Shown: positions 42,320 to 52,434 of the stretch, one piece after another
How the letters are laid out: every line of letters starts with the position of its first letter
How positions within the stretch are numbered: position 1 is the first letter of the stretch
IMG/VR virus record: IMGVR_UViG_2974651877_000001
Location: 49,761-113,760 of that record
DNA from: a virus
Taxonomy: Duplodnaviria; Caudoviricetes
Length of the DNA: 64,000 nt
Strand: one strand, 5' to 3'
Program-made: the position numbers and the translations under genes
Notes under the pieces: generated by a model
Told to the model about the DNA's origin: nothing
Seen by the model: only the letters and a program-made list of their open reading frames with translations
The model's database searches: none

Positions 42320-43596
42320 TAACCGACAGAGTAGTAGACTTTCCCGTAGAAGATAGGTTCATCAAACTACCTATTGAAAACTATCTTGCTATGGAAGAAA
42401 TCGACGCCATCGCACCACAGCTCGCGATAATCAACGCCATCAACGACCCGCAATACCGTTTCGTCACGGGGGTCTTAAGTAGGCGTACAGGTAAGACGTA
42501 CATCGGTAACGTTATTGCTTTCCTTAAACTTCTAGAGCCAGGGTCTCAGGTACTTATTATAGCACCTAACTATTCTCTAGCTCAGATTTCTTGGAACGAA
42601 CAGTTGCAGCGAATAAAGGCTCATGGCCTAGAGATGGAACGTTGTAATGCAAAAGACAAAGAACTAGTACTAGAAAACGGTAGCCTGCTAAAGCTTGGTT
42701 CCGTTGGTAACGCGGACTCGTGTGTTGGTCGTTCTTACGACTTAGTACTGTTCGACGAAGCGGCAATCGATGACCGTGGTGGTGATGCGTTTAACGTTAC
42801 CTTGATGCCTACCCTAGATAAACCTAACTCTAAAGCGTTGTTCATATCTACCCCTCGTGGTACGAACTGGATGTACGACTTCTATAACAACGGGTTTAGT
42901 CAAGGGGCTGAGTTTGCTTCATGGTGTTCGGTATTTGGTACGTATAAAGATAACCCTAGGGTTTCTCCAGAGGTTATTGCGCAAGCGCGTGCGGCGATGT
43001 CTAAACCTCAGTTCGAGCAAGAGTTTGAGTGTTCATTCAGTACTCGTGAAGGACAAATCTACGAAGCGTTTGACCCAGACAAGCACGTTAAAGACCTTAG
43101 TGGCATTAACTTTAATAACGAGTATGAGTACGAAGGCCTTATGGGTATTGACCCAGGGTACAGAGACCCTACGGCAGTTATTTCTATCAAGTACAACTTT
43201 GACGAGGATGTATTCTACGTAGTGGATGAGTACATGGAGGCCTTGAAGCCTACTTCCTACCACGCTGAGAAGATACAGGACCAAATAGATAGGTGGATGA
43301 TAGACATAATCACCGTCGACTCTGCGGCAGCGCAGTTCCGACAAGACTTAGTGTCCGAATTCGATATCCCTAGTAACCCAGCTAATAAGTCGGTGCTAGA
43401 TGGTATATCCTATCTACAGATGCTGTTGGAGCAAGACAAACTCATAATTAGTGATAAGTGTCACATAGTAGTGGATATGCTAATCAACTACCGTTGGGAT
43501 ATGAATGAGAACCTGGTACGTGAACGTCCAGTCCACGATGAGCATTCTCACCCTGCGGACGCGTTACGCTATGCACTATACAGTTACTCAAGGTGA
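42298..43596 (+). CDS. terminase large subunit
   Basis: SRRTGKT Walker A, LFDEAA Walker B, ISTP, GIDPG and H..DALRY nuclease motifs; ATG 42298 after AGGAG. Confidence 0.96.
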   Translation: MLCSRDIVTDRVVDFPVEDRFIKLPIENYLAMEEIDAIAPQLAIINAINDPQYRFVTGVLSRRTGKTYIGNVIAFLKLLEPGSQVLIIAPNYSLAQISWNEQLQRIKAHGLEMERCNAKDKELVLENGSLLKLGSVGNADSCVGRSYDLVLFDEAAIDDRGGDAFNVTLMPTLDKPNSKALFISTPRGTNWMYDFYNNGFSQGAEFASWCSVFGTYKDNPRVSPEVIAQARAAMSKPQFEQEFECSFSTREGQIYEAFDPDKHVKDLSGINFNNEYEYEGLMGIDPGYRDPTAVISIKYNFDEDVFYVVDEYMEALKPTSYHAEKIQDQIDRWMIDIITVDSAAAQFRQDLVSEFDIPSNPANKSVLDGISYLQMLLEQDKLIISDKCHIVVDMLINYRWDMNENLVRERPVHDEHSHPADALRYALYSYSR

Positions 43597-43611
43597 TAGT
43601 ATAAAATCCCC

Positions 43612-43639
43612 TAGACATATTTGTTATGTGATGTATAAT
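43612..43639 (+). promoter_or_regulatory. late promoter
   Basis: TAGACA-N16-TATAAT. Confidence 0.6.
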
Positions 43640-43670
43640 ACTAACATGAATTGAATTTGGAGCAGCAAAC

Positions 43671-44144
43671 ATGGCAAAAAATACAGGACTGAAACGTGAC
43701 GCCGTTAAGTACATACGAGACGGAATAAAATCACAGTACAAAAAGAAGGACTGCTGCGAGATTTGTGGAACTACAGAAGATATTGAGCTTCATCACTATC
43801 ATACAGTGGCTTTCGTATTAGAAAAGTATACCAAGGAGAAGGGGTTGGACCTCTCCAATGTAGATAAGATACTCGCTATGCGTGAGGAATTTTACAAAGA
43901 TAAATGGTATGAACTAGTCGAAGACACTGTATCTCTCTGTAACACTCATCACGTGTTGCTGCACAAAATCTACGGTCAGAAGCCTCTACTACACACTGCG
44001 GCAAAGCAGAGAAAGTGGGTAGAGAAGATGCATAATAAGGCTAACGGAATCGAAGACCTAACTGAAGAATCTACGGTTAGTTACGAAACTGCCCTAGGCA
44101 CTTTTGCGGTCAAGTCCAAGCCTTTAAGCAAGTTTTTGGTATAG
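43671..44144 (+). CDS. HNH-like nicking endonuclease (T5 gene between terL and portal)
   Basis: RDGIKSQYKK.DCCEICG..E..ELHHYHT and LC..HH..LH motifs. Confidence 0.82.
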   Translation: MAKNTGLKRDAVKYIRDGIKSQYKKKDCCEICGTTEDIELHHYHTVAFVLEKYTKEKGLDLSNVDKILAMREEFYKDKWYELVEDTVSLCNTHHVLLHKIYGQKPLLHTAAKQRKWVEKMHNKANGIEDLTEESTVSYETALGTFAVKSKPLSKFLV

Positions 44145-44146
44145 GT

Positions 44147-45355
44147 ATGGGTTTCTTTGATTGGATAAAGGAAAAAATAAACCCTGCACAGCCACAGATA
44201 CAGCGAAGAGAACCTTCAAGTAGTCGAAGCAATAGGCGTCCTACTACGGTACGTAACTCTTTCCGAGATATGGAGATAGTTAACCGTGGTGTTAACATGC
44301 TAATTGACTCCTGTGCAGAAGTAGACTTCGATGTCCAAAAGTCTCGTGGTTACACCACGTATGGCTCTGGCATCAAAGGGAAGACCTTAGACAGACTGCT
44401 GAACCAGCGCCCTAACCTATTCATGGACTCAAGTACCTTCTGGCGACTAGTTTACATGGATTTCTTACTAGAGGGCTGGGCATTCATTTACTACAATGAA
44501 GAAGAGCAGGCTATCTACCACCTTCCAGCAGCGAATATGGAAGTATACGCTGATAAAAAATATTATATTAACCATTTCTTATATGATGGACAAACTAAGT
44601 ACATGCCTAACGAGATTATCTTTATTAAGGATAACTCTTTCAACGGAGAAACCTCCCAGATATCGGGCTACCCTAGGATTCTATCAGCACTAAGTAGCAT
44701 CATCCGTAAGGACAAGTTGCAGCACTTCAAAGAGAAGTTCTTCGACAACGGAACAGTTATGGGTCTTATTATAGAAACCGAGCAGGTTCTAAATAAGCGT
44801 CTAAAAGATAGAGAGCGCGAAGAGATTCGCATCGACCATAACGTTAGAAATGGTAAATCAAACGTTCTTATCCTAGATGGGGGTAAGAAAGCTAAGTCCC
44901 TTAGCGCAACGAATTTAAAAGAGTTAGGTATCGAGGAAGACCTAGATAGGTTTGACAAAGAGATTTGTAAGGCATTAGGTATCCCACCAATCTTACTAGA
45001 GGGCGGGAACAACGCTAATATTAGACCTAATATTGACCTATTCTACTACCTGACTATTCTACCAATAGCTGAGAAGTTTGAAAAAGCTTTAGAGTTCTTC
45101 TTCGGTTTCGATATCAAACTAGACACCTCCGATATTGCAGCACTGACACCTGACCGAGAGAAGGAGTCCAATGAGCTTTCTTCTAAGGTTAATAATGGTA
45201 TCATCACAGGTAACGAAGCTCGTGAGAAGCTACGCCTAGAGCCTATCGATGACCCACTAATGGATAAGATTAGAATCCCTCAAAACGTAGCGGGTTCTGG
45301 TACTGGTGTTTCTGGTGAAGAGGGCGGAGCCCCTAAGAAAGAGGATAATAGCTAA
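44147..45355 (+). CDS. portal protein (pb7-like)
   Basis: LLNQRPN, FFDNG, ALGIPPILL and GIIT.NEARE.L.L.P motifs. Confidence 0.95.
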   Translation: MGFFDWIKEKINPAQPQIQRREPSSSRSNRRPTTVRNSFRDMEIVNRGVNMLIDSCAEVDFDVQKSRGYTTYGSGIKGKTLDRLLNQRPNLFMDSSTFWRLVYMDFLLEGWAFIYYNEEEQAIYHLPAANMEVYADKKYYINHFLYDGQTKYMPNEIIFIKDNSFNGETSQISGYPRILSALSSIIRKDKLQHFKEKFFDNGTVMGLIIETEQVLNKRLKDREREEIRIDHNVRNGKSNVLILDGGKKAKSLSATNLKELGIEEDLDRFDKEICKALGIPPILLEGGNNANIRPNIDLFYYLTILPIAEKFEKALEFFFGFDIKLDTSDIAALTPDREKESNELSSKVNNGIITGNEAREKLRLEPIDDPLMDKIRIPQNVAGSGTGVSGEEGGAPKKEDNS

Positions 45356-45609
45356 TGAACAAATCAATCCCTTTCGATAAAATCCAAGAAGTATTTGGGG
45401 ACTCACTCCCAACAAAAGCTCACTTTTACGCATATGTAGCACATCACGGTGTTACACAGCTTATGGTAGAGAAGGCCTATAATACGTGCTCAGTAAAAGC
45501 TTGGCACCTACTAGTGGCAGACTTCGAAGAATTTATCGAGAACAAAGAAGAACCTGTAGTTAAGGAGCCTGTCAAGACCGAATCGGTCGAGGAGGACTCC
45601 GATGAGTAA
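45355..45609 (+). CDS. head decoration protein, pb10 N-terminal domain only
   Basis: VFGDSLP...HFYAYVAHH resembles the T5 pb10 capsid-binding domain as recalled; same position. Confidence 0.65.
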   Translation: MNKSIPFDKIQEVFGDSLPTKAHFYAYVAHHGVTQLMVEKAYNTCSVKAWHLLVADFEEFIENKEEPVVKEPVKTESVEEDSDE

Positions 45610-46228
45610 CGTTCTAGACAAACGATGTGAAAAGTGGTTAAATTCCACTTTTGACGTTGTTAAGAAACAGAAGAACGAAGATGAAACCCGCTCTATTGTC
45701 ATCTCCGGGTACGCGAATACTACCAACGAAGACAGGGCAGGAGATATAATCCCAGCCGATGCATGGCTTAAGCCCAAGGCAATGGAAAACTACTTAAAGA
45801 ACCCTATAGTACTTTTCCAGCACGACCATGACGAGCCAATCGGTAAGATGCTAGATTACAAGGTAGACGAGAAGGGTCTATACGTAGAGATTGAAATCTA
45901 CGATGTAGACCAACGAGTTTTCCGTCTAGTGGATAAGGGTGCTCTTAAAGCATTCTCCGTAGGTTTCCGAATCTCCGACTACAGCTACGATGTCGACGAA
46001 GACATCTTTACAATTACAGAACTAGAGTTATTTGAAATCTCGGTGGTTTCAATCCCTTGCAACCAAGACTCATTATTTGAGGCTCAGAAATCTCTAGACT
46101 CCACATCATTCAAAGCTCTAAAAGAAGAAATCAGAGCAGAGAAAGGCTCTACCCCTAGCGTAGAACCGGTTTTTAACAGTGAACTTGAAAAGCTAGCGTA
46201 TGCGCTAGGATATTTTAAACAGGATTAA
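45602..46228 (+). CDS. prohead maturation protease (pb11-like)
   Basis: GYANT, DRAGD, NPIVL.QH, FSVGF and EISVVSIPCN motifs. Confidence 0.95.
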   Translation: MSNVLDKRCEKWLNSTFDVVKKQKNEDETRSIVISGYANTTNEDRAGDIIPADAWLKPKAMENYLKNPIVLFQHDHDEPIGKMLDYKVDEKGLYVEIEIYDVDQRVFRLVDKGALKAFSVGFRISDYSYDVDEDIFTITELELFEISVVSIPCNQDSLFEAQKSLDSTSFKALKEEIRAEKGSTPSVEPVFNSELEKLAYALGYFKQD

Positions 46229-46230
46229 TA

Positions 46231-47628
46231 ATGTCTACTACACCAAATATTGACATCAACAAACTTAAAGCTGAGCTTAAGAAAGACCTAGGCCTAGACG
46301 ACGTCGCGGACCTAGTAGCAGAGCAGAAGCGCCAAAAGCAACTAGACGAAGATAAGCGTCGTCAGGAAGCTGAAACGAAGCGCATGCAAGAACTAGTTGA
46401 CACCGCTACAGGCGAGATGAGTGAGAAATTCGAAAAAGCTCTACAACTTATCGACGCAATGGAAGAAGCAGCTAAGAAATCGGCTGAAGACTTCGCGGCT
46501 AAGCTAGAAGAAAACCAAGAAGTAGTTACAGAACTACAATCAGAAATTAAATCTCTACTAGCACGTCGTGACGGTAAAGATATCGTAGCTACAGCAGTTG
46601 GTAAAACAATTCGCAACGTAGAAGACCGTGACCAGCTAATGGAAGATGCTGCGTTCGTTAAGTCTATCATGGGTGTTGACTCTGTAGAAGACACTAAGTT
46701 CGGTGCAGAAGTTCATAAAGCAGTAAACGGTGCTTCTTCTATTCAAGTTTCTTCTGAAGACTACGAAACAGTATTCTCTAACCGTATCCTTCGTGACATT
46801 CAAAAGCGCCTAGTAGTTGGTAACCTGTTCACAGAACTACCAATGACTTCTAAGTTGCTAACAATGCAAATCGAAGCAGACCGCGACGCAGCAGGTGCAA
46901 CATGGGTTGACGCTGCTCAGTTCGGTACTGACAACTCTACTGGTGGCGAGCACACCACTGCACTTACTGACATTACGTTCAGTACGTACAAACTAGCATG
47001 TAAAGCTTACATGACTGACGAAACTACAGAAGATGCGATTACTCCTCTTCTAGGTATCATCCGTCGTCGTCTAATCGAAGCTCATGCAGAAGCTATCGAG
47101 AAGGCATTCCTTACAGGTACTGTTGCAGGTGCTCCAATCGGTCTAGTTAAGCTAGCTAACGATGACGGCAACGCAGTAACAACTGTAAACGGTGCAGATG
47201 CAGCAACTCTAGTTCCTGCTATCGACCTATTGAAGCTTCGTCGTAAACTAGGACGTAAGGGTACTCGTCTAAACGACTTGACTCTAATCGTTTCCCTAGA
47301 CGTTTACTACGACCTTATCGAAGACCCAGAGTGGCAAGATATGGACAAAGTAGGTAACGCTGCTGCTAAGCTACAAGGACAAGTTGGTCGTATCTACGGT
47401 CTAAACGTTGTTGTATCTGAGTACTTCCCTGCTAAAGCTGCTTCCGTAGCATGTGCGGTTCTAGTTTACACTCCAGACTTCATCGTACCACGTCAGCGTG
47501 ACGTAACGGTTGAATATGAGCGTATTCAGCGCCAACAAAAAGATGCTTACTACGTAACACAGCGTCTGAACCTACAACGTTACTTCTCTGGTGACAACGT
47601 AGCAGTTCTTAACTACGCTGCTGCTTAA
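46231..47628 (+). CDS. major capsid protein (pb8-like, HK97 fold with N-terminal scaffolding domain)
   Basis: About 160-aa coiled-coil delta domain, then KAVN..SS..VSSE.YET.FS.RI and GQVGRIYGL.VVVSEYFP. Confidence 0.96.
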   Translation: MSTTPNIDINKLKAELKKDLGLDDVADLVAEQKRQKQLDEDKRRQEAETKRMQELVDTATGEMSEKFEKALQLIDAMEEAAKKSAEDFAAKLEENQEVVTELQSEIKSLLARRDGKDIVATAVGKTIRNVEDRDQLMEDAAFVKSIMGVDSVEDTKFGAEVHKAVNGASSIQVSSEDYETVFSNRILRDIQKRLVVGNLFTELPMTSKLLTMQIEADRDAAGATWVDAAQFGTDNSTGGEHTTALTDITFSTYKLACKAYMTDETTEDAITPLLGIIRRRLIEAHAEAIEKAFLTGTVAGAPIGLVKLANDDGNAVTTVNGADAATLVPAIDLLKLRRKLGRKGTRLNDLTLIVSLDVYYDLIEDPEWQDMDKVGNAAAKLQGQVGRIYGLNVVVSEYFPAKAASVACAVLVYTPDFIVPRQRDVTVEYERIQRQQKDAYYVTQRLNLQRYFSGDNVAVLNYAAA

Positions 47629-47639
47629 GCGTAACACTG

Positions 47640-47674
47640 AAAGGGAGTAGGGCTAAGGCTCTACTCCCTTTTTT
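47640..47674 (+). terminator. terminator after the capsid gene
   Basis: AAAGGGAGTAGGGC-TAAG-GCTCTACTCCCTTTTTT. Confidence 0.9.
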
Positions 47675-47690
47675 CTTATAAGGAGAGAAT

Positions 47691-48287
47691 ATGGCAACCC
47701 TATTATTTAGCTTGGAAGAGTATAAAGAATACGCTGCTATAGCATCACCAACTCAGGATGCAAAAATAGAGCAACTAATGCCTGCTGTAGCCTCCGCCAT
47801 CCAAACCTATTTAGGCTACGAGTTCGAAGAAGCCCCTGTAGCGGACAATAACGGTACCTTCCCCTTTGTCACAGATGTGCTAGTAGGTGCTACGGAAACT
47901 CAGGTCACTTCCCCACACCAACAGGAGTACATGCTGCAAGATGTGGATGTGGTAGTTACAGAGGTCAAGCTACGAAGAACAGGGGCTCCCGAAACAGAGA
48001 ACAAAGTTCTCGGAGCGGACGATTGGTATGCCGACCCTAGACTAGGTAAGCTCACCGTGTTTCCTACGCTAGATAAAGCATATATTATGACTGTTACCTA
48101 CGATGTAGACCTAATCCAGGCATCTGCGGATATCAAGCTAGCTGGTTTTATGCTTCTAGACTACTGGATTGACCGTAAAAACTTCAATAAGACAGTGGTT
48201 AACCAAGGTCAGTCAACCACGAAGGTACGTCTAAACAATATGCCAAAGCATATTGAGAACATACTTAACATGTATAGGAAGGCTTAA
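47691..48287 (+). CDS. head completion/adaptor protein (p144-like)
   Basis: Synteny; DIKLA..ML.DYW and P.HI..IL.MYR motifs. Confidence 0.8.
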   Translation: MATLLFSLEEYKEYAAIASPTQDAKIEQLMPAVASAIQTYLGYEFEEAPVADNNGTFPFVTDVLVGATETQVTSPHQQEYMLQDVDVVVTEVKLRRTGAPETENKVLGADDWYADPRLGKLTVFPTLDKAYIMTVTYDVDLIQASADIKLAGFMLLDYWIDRKNFNKTVVNQGQSTTKVRLNNMPKHIENILNMYRKA

Positions 48288-48288
48288 T

Positions 48289-49065
48289 ATGTCAGGACTT
48301 TCGGACGCAGCTATGGCCCTTACTAGGGCCATATACGAAGATGAGGGAGGAAAGACCCGAGGCAAGGTAGCTTATGAGGTAATCGTCGCAGATACCCGTA
48401 GTGACACAACTCTCATAACTCTGAGGTTCGAGTCTAAAGCCCCAATAAACGAGGACGAGTTACGTGGTAAGGCTAGGAAGGCTTTCACTAAGCTTACTGA
48501 AGAACTCGCGGCTGACGCCGCAGCGGACGTAGGTGCTAAGCTACTTACTCAATACGGATTCGAGGTAGAGGGAGCCGGCCAGAACATACTCAGAAAAAGA
48601 ACAACCGGTAGTGTTAATATAGTCTACGACGAGACAGGCGTAGGAGAAGATGGAGTTTCGGCAGGTATCCAAACCGCTAGAGGTAAGCTAATCTCCCAGA
48701 AAAATCTAAGGTTCCTACTGAACCTAGTAATGAAGGAGTATATGTTGAAGGAAATGACTTCACCTTCTGCAGGCAAAGGAAGGAATACTCCTCTTAGAAA
48801 TAGGACTGGTAGGTTTGTTAACTCCGCAGTAGTGGATAAGGTAGCCTTGATTAACACACCATCGAAAAGACAAAAACAAAAATTGTCTTTATATTTTAAT
48901 TATATGATTTATCCATATCAAGTTTTCGACCCACGTAGGACATCCCGCGAGGCACTGGCATCGAAGGCTAGAGACCCTGTTAGGATAATTGGAGAAGCGT
49001 TGGCCAAGGCTGCTAGGGACTTAGTCTTAGAGAAGGCCTACAACATAGAGGTTAGACAAATATGA
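48289..49065 (+). CDS. tail completion protein (p143-like)
   Basis: PL.NRTGRF.NS, YM..PY.VFDP and RDP.R.IGEA..KAARDL motifs; ATG 48289. Confidence 0.82.
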   Translation: MSGLSDAAMALTRAIYEDEGGKTRGKVAYEVIVADTRSDTTLITLRFESKAPINEDELRGKARKAFTKLTEELAADAAADVGAKLLTQYGFEVEGAGQNILRKRTTGSVNIVYDETGVGEDGVSAGIQTARGKLISQKNLRFLLNLVMKEYMLKEMTSPSAGKGRNTPLRNRTGRFVNSAVVDKVALINTPSKRQKQKLSLYFNYMIYPYQVFDPRRTSREALASKARDPVRIIGEALAKAARDLVLEKAYNIEVRQI

Positions 49066-49550
49066 GCAATGGAACACACAGGACAGCAATCGCCAGTAAG
49101 TTTGTAGAGATAATCAAAGAGAACTTTACAGGAACTGGTTCTTATTACACCAACGTGTATGGTAGGAATGCCTCTACAAAAATCCTACACTTTGATGAAA
49201 TAACCGACTTCCCCTTTATAAGTGTAGTTAAATCTACCGAACGCATTGAGAATCTCCCTGGAGGCTTTAACTGGCATCACTATAATATGTTCATTAGAGT
49301 ATATATTAGTAACATAGAGGACTATGACGAGGAGCTAGAGAAAGTAATATCTGATTTAATTTCTCTCATTGACAATACGGAAGATTTTGAATATACTATA
49401 GAAAATCCTGATAGTTCGGTTACTACTCATCGAGTAACTGAGGTGGTAGCCGAAGAGATTGGGACGGACGAGGGATTACTAGCCCCAGACGCAATGGGTG
49501 AAATCAGACTGCGTGTTAGATACGAGACGCAGAATTCTAGATTCTGCTAA
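49062..49550 (+). CDS. tail terminator protein (p142-like)
   Basis: HRT.IA, F.EI.DFP and TDEGLL.P...GEI motifs. Confidence 0.85.
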   Translation: MSNGTHRTAIASKFVEIIKENFTGTGSYYTNVYGRNASTKILHFDEITDFPFISVVKSTERIENLPGGFNWHHYNMFIRVYISNIEDYDEELEKVISDLISLIDNTEDFEYTIENPDSSVTTHRVTEVVAEEIGTDEGLLAPDAMGEIRLRVRYETQNSRFC

Positions 49551-49572
49551 CAACATTTTAGGAGTTATATAA

Positions 49573-50712
49573 ATGGCAGTTAAATTACTCCGTAATACCC
49601 GTCTGTGGGTAAGTACGGTTCTATCAGGTCACGACACAACCAATACTTGGGAAATCCAAGTACAGGACGACCTATCTTTTAACCAGAACCCTACGAGTTC
49701 TGATATTGAATTAGAAGAAGCAGGTGCAACACCTACACGTGGTTCCGCCCGCTTCAACGACGCACTAGAGCCAGCGGATTGGACATTCTCCACGTACATT
49801 CGTTCGTATTTAGTAGACCCAGATAGCACTCCGGACAGTGGCGACGAGTATCAGTTTACTCCTGATGCACTTCTATGGCACTCCCTAGCTTCTGGCTCTC
49901 CATTCGACGTTACTAGTGCAGCAGGTGTTCATTCTAACCCTGTTAACATGCTTCTAGACTTTAAAGATTCTCAACACCACGAACTATTGAAGTTCCACGT
50001 TTACATGAATGTAGACGGTGCATGGTACGTTATTGAGAACTGTCAAGTAGGTGAAGCAACAATCTCAAACGATATTGATGGTATTGGTTCTACTACATGG
50101 ACTGGACAAGGTACTTTACTATCTGAGCTACCTTCGCAACCATTTGACCCAGCAAACGTTCTTTCTGTAGACTGTAACTTACAAGCTTCTTACATCCGTA
50201 ACAAGCTGACAGTCCTACGAGTTACTGATAACAGAAACTCTAACACAGCTTACGACATTGCTATCACTGGTGGTTCTATTACATTTACCAACAACATCAC
50301 GTTCCTAACTCCTAGTACCCTTAGCTGTTTAGACGTTCCTATCGGTTCGTACACTGGGTCTCTATCTATTACAGGTGAGATGACAGCATACCTAGACGAC
50401 AAGACTAACGGGTCTAAGAAGCTACTAGCGGACATGTTGCAACAAAAATCCGTAACATCTAGCTTTGAGATTGCAGTAATTATGGGTGGTGTGGCTAGCT
50501 CCGGTACAGCTCCAGCAGCGGTTATCGTTCTACCAACAGCTCACCTAGACGTACCTAGTATCGAATCCGCTGATGTTATCAGTACCAGTCTATCCTTTAA
50601 GGGTATTCCTACTGACTTCTCAGCAGGGGACGAAGCCTTCCTAGGTTTCTCTGACCGATTCACTAGTGCAGAAATCGACCGTCTGATTAATACTGGAGAC
50701 GGTGAAGCTTAA
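49573..50712 (+). CDS. major tail tube protein (pb6-like, no C-terminal Ig domain)
   Basis: LLRNTR..VSTV, EI.VQDD.SF.Q, PTRGS.RFND.L and SYI.NKLT motifs. Confidence 0.93.
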   Translation: MAVKLLRNTRLWVSTVLSGHDTTNTWEIQVQDDLSFNQNPTSSDIELEEAGATPTRGSARFNDALEPADWTFSTYIRSYLVDPDSTPDSGDEYQFTPDALLWHSLASGSPFDVTSAAGVHSNPVNMLLDFKDSQHHELLKFHVYMNVDGAWYVIENCQVGEATISNDIDGIGSTTWTGQGTLLSELPSQPFDPANVLSVDCNLQASYIRNKLTVLRVTDNRNSNTAYDIAITGGSITFTNNITFLTPSTLSCLDVPIGSYTGSLSITGEMTAYLDDKTNGSKKLLADMLQQKSVTSSFEIAVIMGGVASSGTAPAAVIVLPTAHLDVPSIESADVISTSLSFKGIPTDFSAGDEAFLGFSDRFTSAEIDRLINTGDGEA

Positions 50713-50723
50713 TAGGAGTTAAA

Positions 50724-51593
50724 GTGGCCAGCAGACAACTTTTAAGAAACGCCCTAGTGGTTATAGTCTACGAAGGCCGCTCTTACACTTACCAAGCAGC
50801 TTCCTCAATAAGTCTGGAGACCTCCTTTACGGAGGTCTCTGGTCGTAGGAAGACTTTATTTAAGAAAGTAGCCAAGAAATACTCTATCATTTCCGAAAAG
50901 GCATCAACTACTGTACAAGTGGACTTAGTTGCTACAGACGGGAGAACTGAGGAGCTACTATTCAAGCTTATAGGTCTTTCAGAAGGTCCCTTACATCGAC
51001 TTCCTGATTCTATTCCAGTAAGTCCTGAATACTTCGATGTGTACCTAACAAATACTGAAGTAACTATTAAGTTATCTCCATGTTTCTTAGAGACCATAGA
51101 CGTGTTTATGAGTAAGGATTCTCCTTTAGGTATAGGCACTGTGTTTAACGCCGCGAGCTTCGAGTACGTCGATGAGATGCCACAGCTGGAAACCAACCCA
51201 CAAGGACTACCGCTACCCCTAACACCTATATATCTGGGTTTTGGTGAGAAGATATTTAACAATGTGGTAAACGCATCCTTCAGCATACAGCAAGTAGCCG
51301 ACTGGCGACAAGATAAATCTTTATTTACCCCTGGAATTTACTCTAGAGGTAATGCAATACTAGAAGACTTAATAGTATCAGCTACTATAACAACAAACCT
51401 AGATACTAACGGCTTCTTTACTGAACCAACTATAGGGGATTTCTACGTTAAGCAGAATACTCTGTCTTTGAGTATAGACTCCGCGTCTATTATACCTAGA
51501 AACACTATAGGAACTGTTTATCAAAATAACTTGGACGTATCCCCAGTAGAAGAATCTGGAGACGTCATTATTCAATATGGAGAAAAACGATGA
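50724..51593 (+). CDS. baseplate tube/minor tail protein (p140-like)
   Basis: Synteny; VVI.YEGR.Y and RKTLF motifs. Confidence 0.8.
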   Translation: MASRQLLRNALVVIVYEGRSYTYQAASSISLETSFTEVSGRRKTLFKKVAKKYSIISEKASTTVQVDLVATDGRTEELLFKLIGLSEGPLHRLPDSIPVSPEYFDVYLTNTEVTIKLSPCFLETIDVFMSKDSPLGIGTVFNAASFEYVDEMPQLETNPQGLPLPLTPIYLGFGEKIFNNVVNASFSIQQVADWRQDKSLFTPGIYSRGNAILEDLIVSATITTNLDTNGFFTEPTIGDFYVKQNTLSLSIDSASIIPRNTIGTVYQNNLDVSPVEESGDVIIQYGEKR

Positions 51594-51997
51594 GCCTTAA
51601 TTTAGCTAACATCATCCTAGACACAAAAACTATGACTTTCGACCACCCAGAATTCGAAGGTCTAACAATTACTCTAACTTACAACTCCAAGTCTCGCCTA
51701 AGTGAGCTACGTAAGAGTTGTTTAGAGACAAAATACGACCCATCTGTTGGCGCACCAATTCAAAAACTTAATATCGAGAAGTGGAATGAGGTGTTCTGCA
51801 AAGAGGTTATCTCCACATGGAGCGGCTTCAAATACAAGTATCTAGCACAGATGCTACTAATCAATGAGTCAGCCGTGGAGCTAGAGGACGAGCTAGAGTT
51901 CACTGTTGAGAACGCTACCACTCTTCTTACGCAAAGTAACACATTCGACAGCTGGGTTAATAGCTGTTTAGCTGACCTTAACAACTTTCGAGGCTAA
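51590..51997 (+). CDS. tail assembly chaperone
   Basis: Position before the tape measure gene; ends ..L.NFR; probable frameshift partner downstream. Confidence 0.8.
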   Translation: MSLNLANIILDTKTMTFDHPEFEGLTITLTYNSKSRLSELRKSCLETKYDPSVGAPIQKLNIEKWNEVFCKEVISTWSGFKYKYLAQMLLINESAVELEDELEFTVENATTLLTQSNTFDSWVNSCLADLNNFRG

Positions 51998-52010
51998 AGC
52001 CAGAGAAGAG

Positions 52011-52382
52011 GTGTTTAAGGAGCTAGATAAGCTCCTTAAAACCCAACAAGGTCTAACTAAAGAAAAATACTACATGATATGTGAGCAGTTGGGGCAGGAA
52101 CCCGACCCTAACAAGGTGCCTAAGGACCTGTCAGACATGCCACATGTCGTTCAAATTGCTAATATCATTTACAAATCCCTATCCGACGTATTTATACCTC
52201 TCGGAATGACAGGCTCCATATTCGGAGGGAAGGACTACTCTGCCCTCCCAGTGTTCTTCGATATATATGAAGTAAGGAGCCCTAGGGACAAAGAGTTAGT
52301 GACAGATATCATATTACATATGGAAAAGAAAGCTATAGAACAGGCGGTGGCGGAACGAAAACGCAACGCTAGTAAGAAATAA
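52011..52382 (+). CDS. tail assembly chaperone, C-terminal (frameshift) part
   Basis: TKE.Y..ICE.LG.EPDP and GKDY motifs; weak RBS; frame open back to 51972. Confidence 0.75.
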   Translation: MFKELDKLLKTQQGLTKEKYYMICEQLGQEPDPNKVPKDLSDMPHVVQIANIIYKSLSDVFIPLGMTGSIFGGKDYSALPVFFDIYEVRSPRDKELVTDIILHMEKKAIEQAVAERKRNASKK

Positions 52383-52434
52383 TTCTTTTCTCCATCTTAG
52401 CCCCCACGGGGGCAATTTTTTAAAGGAAACATAA

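Noticed and set aside
43671-44144. Mobile homing endonuclease
   Set aside because: Matches the conserved T5 head-module nuclease at a fixed position rather than a sporadic insertion
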